A DNA stretch of 64,000 nucleotides from the IMG/VR virus record IMGVR_UViG_3300046010_009647, positions 15,500-79,499 of that record; one strand, 5' to 3'. Made by a program: the position numbers and the translations under genes. The notes under the pieces were generated by a model. It was not told the DNA's origin, ran no database searches, and worked only from the letters and a program-made list of their open reading frames with translations. Positions 47,075 through 54,883 of the stretch are shown piece after piece (position 1 is the first letter of the stretch; the number at the start of each line of letters is the position of its first letter). This DNA is from a virus.

Positions 47075-47137
47075 GTCCGTTTAAGCGGCGTTCCAGGGTG
47101 CAATTCCCTGGTTCAGTATTGCCACAACTCAGTGGCA
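47071..47137 (+). ncRNA. Family C T-loop three-way junction plus hairpin
   Basis: CTGA/TCAG, CCG-TTTAAG-CGG, CCAGGG-TGCAATT-CCCTGG, TGCCAC/GTGGCA. Confidence 0.7.
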
Positions 47138-47153
47138 TCTCACGACACTACCT

Positions 47154-47315
47154 ATGACTTACTACGTCATCATCAAGAATCACGACGAATTCTCTCAGGC
47201 TTATCTCCAGGGCTGTGAGCAATCATTTAATACTGAGCAACAAGCTCAGGATTACATTCAAACATTTGAGGATTGGGAGCAAGATCTCCTGGAGATTGAC
47301 TTCAATCCTTTCTGA
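47154..47315 (+). CDS. Small acidic protein, 53 aa
   Basis: MTYYVIIKNHDEF...FNTEQQAQDYI...DFNPF. Confidence 0.6.
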   Translation: MTYYVIIKNHDEFSQAYLQGCEQSFNTEQQAQDYIQTFEDWEQDLLEIDFNPF

Positions 47316-47376
47316 GTAACAGGCGTGATGCCAGGGGATCAAATCCCCTACTCAGTATTGCCACAATCCCGTGGCA
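47312..47376 (+). ncRNA. Family C T-loop three-way junction plus hairpin
   Basis: CTGAGT/ACTCAG, GGCG/TGCC, AGGGG-ATCAAAT-CCCCT, TGCCAC/GTGGCA. Confidence 0.65.
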
Positions 47377-47394
47377 TTTACTCAACTCAACACT

Positions 47395-47643
47395 ATGCTG
47401 TGCTACTACCCATACGAAGGTGCAACCGAGCGCATCACCTGGCATGGAGGAGAATCAACCATGCTTCACTACCAAGTGCAGGTTGATGACTACAAGGGAG
47501 ATCCTGACTGGATCGACCGTTACTCCCAGACACTTGGCGGAGGTATCCCTTGTGGTACTAAGGAGTTATTAGCTGCTATGTCTGATTACTATCAGCACAT
47601 CAGCCAACTCCATCTCGACACAATGGCTGGAACTATCTTCTGA
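47395..47643 (+). CDS. Early hypothetical protein
   Basis: ATG after CTCAACTCAACACT linker. Confidence 0.6.
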   Translation: MLCYYPYEGATERITWHGGESTMLHYQVQVDDYKGDPDWIDRYSQTLGGGIPCGTKELLAAMSDYYQHISQLHLDTMAGTIF

Positions 47644-47644
47644 T

Positions 47645-47692
47645 TCCTGCTCTAAGGGGCTTCGGCCCTTTACTGCAGGATTCAACTCCTGC
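47645..47692 (+). ncRNA. Family D two-state hairpin
   Basis: TCCTGC...GCAGGA...TCCTGC with inner TTCG hairpin. Confidence 0.5.
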
Positions 47693-47711
47693 TCCCATAC
47701 CACACAACACC

Positions 47712-47900
47712 ATGACTAAACTCAACATCCGTAAGAACCTTGCGTCAATCCTTGCCAATACTGCAGCAGCAGTTGAGAATGCCAAGGTACCTACCAAGGC
47801 AGGCATGACAGAGAAGCTGAACGAGTATCGTACTCGGGCGGCGGCACTCATCATGCCGAACGACATGGCATTCATCATCCAACCCAAGCAAGGTAACTGA
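47712..47900 (+). CDS. Early hypothetical protein
   Basis: ORF track. Confidence 0.6.
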   Translation: MTKLNIRKNLASILANTAAAVENAKVPTKAGMTEKLNEYRTRAAALIMPNDMAFIIQPKQGN

Positions 47901-47903
47901 TTC

Positions 47904-48119
47904 ATGCGACGCAACTACCAACGTAACTACTTCTCTGACTCCTGTGTTGCTATTGTTCTCGGCACTGGTCTTGGCTTATTCCTATCTGTTGGAGCACAGA
48001 AAGTTCTCAACAGACACTACAAGGCCACGTGCCACAACCAACCAGGACATAACCTGATCTACACCAAGTCTTTCCTTGGTGACACGTACTTTTGCATCAA
48101 TGCAAAGTACATGAACTGA
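47904..48119 (+). CDS. Small membrane-anchored protein
   Basis: TM helix, Cys pair. Confidence 0.6.
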   Translation: MRRNYQRNYFSDSCVAIVLGTGLGLFLSVGAQKVLNRHYKATCHNQPGHNLIYTKSFLGDTYFCINAKYMN

Positions 48120-48120
48120 T

Positions 48121-48181
48121 CTCTGCACTTAAGCCTTCTCATCCTTGTGATGCGTGGCTTTTCTGCAGGGTTCTCCCTGCA
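48121..48181 (+). ncRNA. Family D two-state hairpin
   Basis: CTCTGCA...TGCAGGG...CCCTGCA with inner AAGCC/GGCTT. Confidence 0.5.
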
Positions 48182-48199
48182 CTACACCAAACAACACCA

Positions 48200-48481
48200 A
48201 TGACAATCACGATCAGCCCCAGAGAAATTACAGATGCTCAACAGATGTTGAACATCGAACCAAACGACTGTTACCTGGAGTTTACGCAAGGTACTGTCTA
48301 TCTTTGTTGGGTTACCGACAAGGAGACAGCTCAGATGTATATCGACAACCTCTTCGAGTGTGTCGATGTCAAGTTGTACGGCAATTGGGTAGACATCTAC
48401 GGACAACACGAACGTGAAGTCCCAGTGTCATTACCCGATGTCAAACTGTTTGACTGCCGTTACATCCTCGCTACTAACTGA
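48200..48481 (+). CDS. Early hypothetical protein
   Basis: ATG after A/C-rich linker. Confidence 0.6.
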   Translation: MTITISPREITDAQQMLNIEPNDCYLEFTQGTVYLCWVTDKETAQMYIDNLFECVDVKLYGNWVDIYGQHEREVPVSLPDVKLFDCRYILATN

Positions 48482-48482
48482 C

Positions 48483-48686
48483 ATGAAGACAATCTACTCA
48501 ATGGGCAAAGGCAAGTATGTGATCCTTGATTCTTATGAGTCTTATCCTGAGAATCGCCTTGGATCTATTGCTATTGCCCTCCTCGCACTCCTCCTTGCCA
48601 CCATCAGTGGCACAGCATTGTTGGGTGTGGATCTTACCAAGATCAATCCACAGCCCGTCAAAGCACAACCTACAATCACTCGCTGA
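48483..48686 (+). CDS. Small membrane protein
   Basis: TM helix IAIALLALLLATI. Confidence 0.55.
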   Translation: MKTIYSMGKGKYVILDSYESYPENRLGSIAIALLALLLATISGTALLGVDLTKINPQPVKAQPTITR

Positions 48687-48687
48687 C

Positions 48688-49044
48688 ATGACCACACAAC
48701 TCAAAGAACACACCGAAGTACTTGAGGCACGCATCCAATGCCTGATCGACAAGCTGCTTGCACATTACGCTAAACAGTACGGAGATGGCGGCATTGCATT
48801 TGACATGGTCAAAGGCGTCAAGTACTACAAGCTCATCCAACGTGACGTCAAACGCTCAACGTTGAATGGCAACACTGGTGCCTGCGTGCATGCATTCATT
48901 CATCGCCAGACTGGCTGTGTCTTTAAACCAGCAAGCTGGAAGGCACCAGCTAAGCACGTACGTTATAACCTCATGGACGAGGTATCGTTTGCCACCTGCA
49001 TCCAAGATGCTGATTGGGCTGGCTCATACCTCTACATGAAGTAA
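48688..49044 (+). CDS. Conserved phage hypothetical protein
   Basis: KYYKL...VHAFI...G.VFKPASWKAPAKHVRYNL. Confidence 0.75.
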   Translation: MTTQLKEHTEVLEARIQCLIDKLLAHYAKQYGDGGIAFDMVKGVKYYKLIQRDVKRSTLNGNTGACVHAFIHRQTGCVFKPASWKAPAKHVRYNLMDEVSFATCIQDADWAGSYLYMK

Positions 49045-49052
49045 CCACAAAT

Positions 49053-49105
49053 CCCTGGGCCTTCGTTGTTGAGAATCTTTCGCAACAAGGATGTAAGTCC
49101 CAGGG
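49053..49105 (+). ncRNA. Family A bulged-stem RNA motif
   Basis: CCCTGGG...long variable stem...TG-TAAGT-CCCAGGG. Confidence 0.65.
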
Positions 49106-49133
49106 CTATCCCAAACACCACAGCAACTAACCA

Positions 49134-49508
49134 ATGCGTACTCGAATTTCAATCGTCAAAGAAGATAGGATCTGGAACCTGAGGTGCCAGGGCTATCGTT
49201 ATGACTCCATTGCACAAATTGTTAATTGCAAACCGGTATCCATTACACAAGTCATTAGACGTGTACGTAACCGTCCTCCGTACGAGCAAGATCCTGTGCG
49301 TCGTGGAAGATTTAATTCTTTCTTGAGCGATGCACAGATAGAAGATATTCGTACCCGTAAAGCGCACGGAGAACACGTCTCCAAACTTGCAGAAGAATAC
49401 TACATCACTATTGCAGCTATCTATCACATCACTTCATACCGCACCTACAAGAACCCTTGTGGTGACAGTGGTTATCAATTCAATTTTAACAATCGTTTAA
49501 TGTCCTGA
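49134..49508 (+). CDS. Tandem HTH DNA-binding protein
   Basis: GYRYDSIAQIVNC and VSKLAEEYYIT..AIYHI HTH-like segments. Confidence 0.65.
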   Translation: MRTRISIVKEDRIWNLRCQGYRYDSIAQIVNCKPVSITQVIRRVRNRPPYEQDPVRRGRFNSFLSDAQIEDIRTRKAHGEHVSKLAEEYYITIAAIYHITSYRTYKNPCGDSGYQFNFNNRLMS

Positions 49509-49510
49509 TC

Positions 49511-49548
49511 ACTGGGCATCCACACGCAATGTGGTGTAAGTCCCAAGT
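49511..49548 (+). ncRNA. Family A bulged-stem RNA motif
   Basis: TGGG-CA-T-CCACA-CGCAA-TGTGG-TG-TAAGT-CCCA. Confidence 0.7.
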
Positions 49549-49572
49549 ACAAACCATTCAACTCACAACACA

Positions 49573-49779
49573 ATGACAGAAGACAACAAGCGGTATCACC
49601 TCATCATCAACGTTGATGAAAAGTATGCCATCGTCAACGCACTAGCCTTCTATCATGCACACCACACCCTGGGTGCATTGATGGATGAAGATGAGTGTGA
49701 ACAATACATGCTCGCATTCCAAGAAGATGGTCCTGCCTTTGTTGATTCCCTAGCAACAAAGGTGGCCAATACCTTCTGA
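49573..49779 (+). CDS. Early hypothetical protein
   Basis: ORF track. Confidence 0.6.
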   Translation: MTEDNKRYHLIINVDEKYAIVNALAFYHAHHTLGALMDEDECEQYMLAFQEDGPAFVDSLATKVANTF

Positions 49780-49780
49780 T

Positions 49781-49823
49781 CCCTGGGCAGCACCGACGTA
49801 AATACGGTGTGTAAGTCCCAGGG
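49781..49823 (+). ncRNA. Family A bulged-stem RNA motif
   Basis: CCCTGGG-CA-G-CACCG-loop-CGGTG-TG-TAAGT-CCCAGGG. Confidence 0.75.
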
Positions 49824-49852
49824 TTTTACTGTCTACCTACTCAATTCAAGCA

Positions 49853-49990
49853 ATGACTGAACTCGATCCCAACTACAACGCTGACTTGCTTGATGCCATG
49901 GCTGACATGGCATATGAACAAGAGCAAGCCATGCGTGAAGAATACGAACTCAACCCACCTGAACTGGAGACTTACGATGACCAAGCCTAA
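49853..49990 (+). CDS. Very acidic 45-aa peptide
   Basis: MTELDPNYNADLLDAMADMAYEQEQAMREEYELNPPELETYDDQA. Confidence 0.55.
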   Translation: MTELDPNYNADLLDAMADMAYEQEQAMREEYELNPPELETYDDQA

Positions 49991-50077
49991 GTACACACTG
50001 CGTCAAGCATGGGATGACGGTGACATCATCATCATCCTGATCGCAATCATTTCAATCATCATCACAGAGTTTGCATC

Positions 50078-50446
50078 ATGTCTTACATCTCAGAACTCAA
50101 GAAGTTCTACCCCAAGTCCTACAAAGCACGCTTCGCAATCAATGCCTACAACGTGCACAAGTACTTCGAGCACAAAGACCCAACGGTCGTCACGGTCCAC
50201 GAAACCTATCTCAGGTACGGCGGAACCGAAGAAGGAGGTTGGTACTACACCCAAGGAGACCCTCTCGTCAGCCACTGCATCTTCTCCAAGAGGCAAGCGG
50301 TCCAGGTCTACGTCAAGTACTTCGAAGAGTACGAGATCGAAGGCCAACCTTCTCTTGGAGATACGACAACTCGATCCAACATCGACATCAGTTTCTCCAA
50401 TGAACTAGCTAAGGCTTACCCTGAATCCCGTCCGTACTACTGCTGA
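50078..50446 (+). CDS. Conserved phage hypothetical protein
   Basis: YGGTEEGGWYY...YPESRPYYC. Confidence 0.7.
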   Translation: MSYISELKKFYPKSYKARFAINAYNVHKYFEHKDPTVVTVHETYLRYGGTEEGGWYYTQGDPLVSHCIFSKRQAVQVYVKYFEEYEIEGQPSLGDTTTRSNIDISFSNELAKAYPESRPYYC

Positions 50447-50449
50447 TCA

Positions 50450-50692
50450 ATGCAAGCAACTGCAACACCTGCACTCAGTATCAACCAACGCAATCTCTAT
50501 GCGTACTACCTTAATCACAAGAAGAAGTATGGGAACACACCCTGCTTCGTACCTAAGCTTCCATCGCAAAACTCAAGGCTTGAGCAATATCTCCAGGCCT
50601 TGGTGAGACTGGAAGAATACGGATTGATACGTGTAGACAGAAGCAGTGCTAACTACACAGCATGGATCATGCTTGCACCTAAGAGCGCATAA
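50450..50692 (+). CDS. Winged-helix-like protein
   Basis: LSINQRNLY...ALVRLEEYGLIRV. Confidence 0.6.
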   Translation: MQATATPALSINQRNLYAYYLNHKKKYGNTPCFVPKLPSQNSRLEQYLQALVRLEEYGLIRVDRSSANYTAWIMLAPKSA

Positions 50693-50769
50693 CGTAGGTA
50701 TTTATACTTAATATTGTTCGCTATTCGCAAATAGCGAATACATGCCAATACTTCAGTCATAGCCTCAAT

Positions 50770-50810
50770 CCTGGGCGTCACCTACGTAAGTATGGTGTGT
50801 AAGTCCCAGG
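50770..50810 (+). ncRNA. Family A bulged-stem RNA motif
   Basis: CCTGGG-CG-T-CACC-loop-GGTG-TG-TAAGT-CCCAGG. Confidence 0.75.
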
Positions 50811-50813
50811 GGT

Positions 50814-51041
50814 TTATCCGACTACATTACGTACATCAGGTGTAAACCGTTGCATCTGATCTAACAACCTAAGCTCTGCTTGTTTGTTCTGCATCGGAAT
50901 GCTTTCATTCCGTACAACAGATGTTAAGAAGTCCATTACTTTATCTTGTGGTGGCATAGAACCATGAGCCTTCATGTATTCTTGTTGCCATCCTTGAAGG
51001 AAAGGACTGTTATTCATTGCATATCTACCAGCTAATAACAT
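50814..51041 (-). CDS. Late-type small protein in opposite orientation
   Basis: MLLAGRYAMNN...; TAGGAT -10 box upstream on the minus strand. Confidence 0.55.
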   Translation of the reverse strand: MLLAGRYAMNNSPFLQGWQQEYMKAHGSMPPQDKVMDFLTSVVRNESIPMQNKQAELRLLDQMQRFTPDVRNVVG

Positions 51042-51070
51042 GGACCTAAGTATGTCCTTAAACTGCTCAG
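51042..51070 (+). ncRNA. Family B H-type pseudoknot
   Basis: GGAC-CTAAGTAT-GTCC-TTAAAC-TGCTCAG. Confidence 0.65.
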
Positions 51071-51097
51071 TCCATCCTACTCACCATCAACTCAACC

Positions 51098-51385
51098 ATG
51101 GAACAAGCTAAGAAGTATCCAGCAATTGACTGGACCAAGAATGAGTATCATCAATTGCAGCTAGTAGTTGATGCACTCAAAGCCATTTGTGCTCGCGAAG
51201 ATAAGCGTCATCAAATGGACGAGCATCTCGATCCACACATGCGTAACGTTGTCGATGAGGTAATCGGCATGTTAGAAGATGAGATCGACTACGATCCAAC
51301 ACCTCACGAACCTGGTGAACCACCCATCACTGCAGCAGAAATGCATGCAGCTGCATGGAAAGAACACCAGGAAATGCATCGATAA
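51098..51385 (+). CDS. Early hypothetical protein
   Basis: DYDPT..GEPPIT..EMH..AW motif. Confidence 0.65.
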   Translation: MEQAKKYPAIDWTKNEYHQLQLVVDALKAICAREDKRHQMDEHLDPHMRNVVDEVIGMLEDEIDYDPTPHEPGEPPITAAEMHAAAWKEHQEMHR

Positions 51386-51558
51386 CATCAGGTAGTACAC
51401 ATGTATTTCCCCCTCACACTCCCCCAAGGAGAACCAGGGGGGAACCTTCTATATACATAAGTACTTCCTATGCATTACATCTTTTAATACACCAATTAAT
51501 CCTTGACAACCCTGGTAGACTAACCAAGTCTTCTAGACCACACATCAATTCAACTCAC

Positions 51559-51768
51559 ATGACAAACTCAAACACTCCTCGCATTCCTGATTCAATTGAC
51601 ATCCAACGTCTTCAAGCTATGCAGCTTGTAGCCAAGATGAAAGAATCAGCTGAGAAACATGGCATTGGTTTTATCGGGGGCTTTATATCCCCCAATGGAG
51701 AGAAATTTGTAATGACAAACATGGATGATGATGATGCCATAGCACTCATGCCGGAGGATCTCAAGTGA
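51559..51768 (+). CDS. Early hypothetical protein
   Basis: ATG after TCAACTCAC. Confidence 0.6.
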   Translation: MTNSNTPRIPDSIDIQRLQAMQLVAKMKESAEKHGIGFIGGFISPNGEKFVMTNMDDDDAIALMPEDLK

Positions 51769-51962
51769 CCAAGAAATCTCCCATTAGTTTTGATCGCACC
51801 ATTCATGGTGTGAACATCACTGAACATGGTATCAAGTCAGTAAGTAAACAGATCAAACTTGGACCATTCCAACTGACTGTCAACGCCAGTCCCAATGGCG
51901 TCAAAGGATCAGTCAGTATTCCTGGCACAGGCTTGAGCATTCCAAACATTAAGTTAATCTAA
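51765..51962 (+). CDS. DUF4236-like protein
   Basis: KQIKLGPFQLTVN.S..G...SVSIPGTGLS. Confidence 0.6.
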   Translation: MTKKSPISFDRTIHGVNITEHGIKSVSKQIKLGPFQLTVNASPNGVKGSVSIPGTGLSIPNIKLI

Positions 51963-51999
51963 AGATCTGGGCATCCTTACGGTGTAAGTCCCAGGTCTT
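51962..51999 (+). ncRNA. Family A bulged-stem RNA motif (minimal)
   Basis: AAGATCTGGG-CA-T-CC-TTAC-GG-TG-TAAGT-CCCAGGTCTT. Confidence 0.75.
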
Positions 52000-52021
52000 G
52001 TCCACCAACTCAACTCAATTC

Positions 52022-52207
52022 ATGTCTGTTTACGTTGACTATCTCAACATGTTTGATCGCATCAATCTTGCTGACTGCGCAAAGCGCAGAGCAAGTGCAA
52101 ATGTTTTAGATGAAACACGATTCAATGGCGAGTACGACACAGCACGTCTGTGGATGAAGTACCGCCTCATCAAGACCACCCACCATTCCTACGTGGAGGA
52201 CAACTGA
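52022..52207 (+). CDS. Early hypothetical protein
   Basis: ATG after CAACTCAACTCAATT. Confidence 0.55.
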   Translation: MSVYVDYLNMFDRINLADCAKRRASANVLDETRFNGEYDTARLWMKYRLIKTTHHSYVEDN

Positions 52208-52458
52208 TGACAGTCCTTGCAATCGAACATACTTCATTCACTGACACTCATGTCACAGTTACAGCAGTTGTTGACGACATGCGCCTGCTCTATCGGGCGA
52301 CTCGCTTTGACCCTGAAGAGTGGGCTCCTGCATTGTGCACAACAACTATTGAGTTGGATCCAGAGGAACCGATTCCTCTTGACGAAGATGGCTTCTGCAG
52401 CTATCTTGATCAACTCGATCCTCTGTGGCAACTACTCGATCTGAGTGACGACGAATGA
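52207..52458 (+). CDS. Acidic hypothetical protein
   Basis: GGAGG RBS; V.AVVDD...AT.FDPEEW.PALC. Confidence 0.65.
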   Translation: MTVLAIEHTSFTDTHVTVTAVVDDMRLLYRATRFDPEEWAPALCTTTIELDPEEPIPLDEDGFCSYLDQLDPLWQLLDLSDDE

Positions 52459-52552
52459 TTGGTTTCTCACTTGAATTCAAACGCTGGTACTTTGTACTGC
52501 GTGGTCCCAAGGGTCGAGTGTACTTGGCAACTGGCTTTATGAAATGATCAAC

Positions 52553-52580
52553 CGTCCTGGGCATGACGTTAAACTGCCTA
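52553..52580 (+). ncRNA. Family B H-type pseudoknot
   Basis: CGTC-CTGGGCAT-GACG-TTAAAC-TGCCTA. Confidence 0.7.
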
Positions 52581-52605
52581 CACTCAACTCAACTCCAACC
52601 TCATC

Positions 52606-54321
52606 ATGTATTTCCAACTCCCCTCCAATCTGCAACAAGAACTCCTGGCTTACGATCCAAAGCTCAAGGCTTTGGTCAAAGAGCAGGAACCTAAGAAGAC
52701 TACGAAGAAAGCTAAGTATCCACTGGGTAATATCCCACATCTTATCCCTGAGAATGTGGTACGTGCTGGTCTACAACAAGATGCGATTGACCGCATCAAT
52801 GCATCAGGTGTACCTGAGCGTTATCACCGCTTTACCAAGGTAGTTGATATCGCTACACCACAAGCACGTACGATTACCATTGCAGTTCTTTATCACTTCG
52901 AGCAATGCTGGTACGCCGCATGGTTACCTGCCAAGGGAGAGGACTATCTCTATGGCTATGCCTATGCATTCAAGAATACTGCTGCTGCAGCTAAAATGTT
53001 GCCTCGCCGTATTTGGGAAAGCAAAGATCAATGCACTGAACACACCATTGGTCGTGGCTCACAGACCTTTACATACTCACGTACTATAACCAAGGAAGAT
53101 GTTATCTCCGGCAATGATGCGCGCAACTGGCGTGCTATGGGTATAGCTAGTTACTACCAGAAGTCACGTGATATGAATGACGCAATCAATAGCTTTGAGA
53201 AAACCTTGATGGAAACAATTCCAACATGGGACGATTGTCGTTCTATGTTTGATCGCATCAAATGTAATAACCTTTTTGATGCACTTGAGTTTCCATTTCC
53301 ACTAACAAACTGTATTGAAGATCGTTCAGCATTCAAGCTAACGGTTGATGGCATGGTTAACCTTGCTAATCGATGGATGGCATCGAATACTTACGCATCT
53401 CTACACTACCTAACCATGCATAGTATTGAACACATTATTACTGCACCTTCTATTAAGAAACAACTTCAACTTATGCTTGACAAATCTGTAGCTGAATACA
53501 ATAACCCTGAGAACAATCAGCGCAAGGCAGTCAAGTATGGCTACAAAGAGTTTGAGCAAACGACAAACTCTATCTACTTCATTAATCATGTGTGGCCTGA
53601 TTGCCCACTTGATTACTACCGTACATACTTTGAAGAGCTACGTGTCGTTAATCTCTATCACCTACGTACCAATGATGCCTTGCTTGCTTGGCTGCGTGAG
53701 CACATGTCTGTTGCATCATTCCTTAATATGATGCGCAAACATGTTGAGAAATCAAATGAAGAGCATTCCAGGATGTCTAAGTTTTCTGATCACGACTTTA
53801 TTATCCATGCATGGTATGAGATGAATGATACGTTCTCAATGATGATGCGTGTCTTTGAGAACGGCAAGACTATCGAAGCACCTAAGCGTTGGCGCATGCC
53901 TGACTTCCATGACTATGTGCAAGCAGAAGCATGGAAGATAGCTAACAAGAAGGAATCGCTGCACCAGGATTTATTCCCTACACCTGTCAAGGTCAGCATG
54001 GGTGACAGTGATTGGACATTCCTTCAACCCATTGACACTCATCAGTTAGCGCAATGGGGACAAGCTGTCCGTAACTGTGTTGGCTCTGCGTCCCAGTATG
54101 CAGAGGACATCAAGAAACGCAATCACTTCATTGTGCTTTGTATGATTGATGGCAAGCCAACCTTCACTATCCAACTGGATGTATCCATGGGTGTGATGAA
54201 TGTCAAGCAGATTGCTGGCGTCGGCAACCAGCGATTGGACGAAGATCAGAAGGAGAAGTACTCCAATGCATTCAAGCTGGCCTTGCAATCTCGGAATGAT
54301 GAGCTAAGCTCTAAGAGCTGA
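52606..54321 (+). CDS. PcfJ-domain protein
   Basis: C-terminal FHD...L..WG..VRNCVGS...Y...FTIQL...Q..G..N. Confidence 0.75.
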   Translation: MYFQLPSNLQQELLAYDPKLKALVKEQEPKKTTKKAKYPLGNIPHLIPENVVRAGLQQDAIDRINASGVPERYHRFTKVVDIATPQARTITIAVLYHFEQCWYAAWLPAKGEDYLYGYAYAFKNTAAAAKMLPRRIWESKDQCTEHTIGRGSQTFTYSRTITKEDVISGNDARNWRAMGIASYYQKSRDMNDAINSFEKTLMETIPTWDDCRSMFDRIKCNNLFDALEFPFPLTNCIEDRSAFKLTVDGMVNLANRWMASNTYASLHYLTMHSIEHIITAPSIKKQLQLMLDKSVAEYNNPENNQRKAVKYGYKEFEQTTNSIYFINHVWPDCPLDYYRTYFEELRVVNLYHLRTNDALLAWLREHMSVASFLNMMRKHVEKSNEEHSRMSKFSDHDFIIHAWYEMNDTFSMMMRVFENGKTIEAPKRWRMPDFHDYVQAEAWKIANKKESLHQDLFPTPVKVSMGDSDWTFLQPIDTHQLAQWGQAVRNCVGSASQYAEDIKKRNHFIVLCMIDGKPTFTIQLDVSMGVMNVKQIAGVGNQRLDEDQKEKYSNAFKLALQSRNDELSSKS

Positions 54322-54370
54322 AGCCACAGCAGGGGCATCCTATCCTCGTAAATGGGATGCCTCTTTACCT

Positions 54371-54580
54371 ATGGACTACACCGATGACCAACTGCTTGCC
54401 ATGGCCATGGCCAACATTGGTGAATACATCACGGACAACTCACCACAGTACATCTTGATTGAAGAAGATCCTCGTAATGAGGATGACTACGATAGCTGGA
54501 CTTACGGAATGGAAGTCCTACCTCAAGACCACACTTGGCAGTCAGATTCAATTGACGTAAGTCCAAGTGAGGCCGACTAG
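54371..54580 (+). CDS. Acidic hypothetical protein
   Basis: ORF; 3' end overlaps an RNA motif and the tRNA 5' end. Confidence 0.55.
   Translation: MDYTDDQLLAMAMANIGEYITDNSPQYILIEEDPRNEDDYDSWTYGMEVLPQDHTWQSDSIDVSPSEAD
54532..54569 (+). ncRNA. Family A bulged-stem RNA motif abutting the tRNA
   Basis: CACTTGG-CA-GTCAG-ATTCAA-TTGAC-G-TAAGT-CCAAGTG. Confidence 0.7.
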
Positions 54581-54646
54581 CCCAACGGCAGAGGCAACGG
54601 ATTTAAGCTCCGTCAAGTCTCGGTTCAAATCCGAGGTCGGCTACCA
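54571..54646 (+). tRNA. trnL: tRNA-Leu(TAA), short variable loop, encoded CCA
   Basis: Acceptor GGCCGAC/GTCGGCT, anticodon stem ACGGA/TCCGT with loop TT-TAA-GC, T-arm CTCGG-TTCAAAT-CCGAG, A73-CCA. Confidence 0.9.
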
Positions 54647-54673
54647 ACCCATTAAACTTTTTACTTAACTAAA

Positions 54674-54871
54674 ATGAATCAAGATCAAGGGATGTTTTTG
54701 CGTGATTGCATTCGTGCTAGCGCTAAAATGATTGCATGCGAACTGGCAGTATTACATGATGTTGCAAGTTCACTTAGCGCTATAACAATTGAACTGAAAG
54801 AGATTAACTCTAATTTATATGACATAGACTCTAAATTATCTAAGCTTGCTGCTCAAACTGAAAAGCCTTAA
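54674..54871 (+). CDS. Coiled-coil hypothetical protein, AT-rich
   Basis: ORF track. Confidence 0.5.
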   Translation: MNQDQGMFLRDCIRASAKMIACELAVLHDVASSLSAITIELKEINSNLYDIDSKLSKLAAQTEKP

Positions 54872-54883
54872 AAATTTGATTAA

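Noticed and set aside
46648-47376. Family C repeats as a CRISPR array
   Set aside because: Repeats are degenerate, spacers are 100-200 nt and protein-coding, and no cas genes are present
51406-51444. C-rich/G-rich inverted repeat as an origin or G-quadruplex
   Set aside because: Single occurrence with no supporting features
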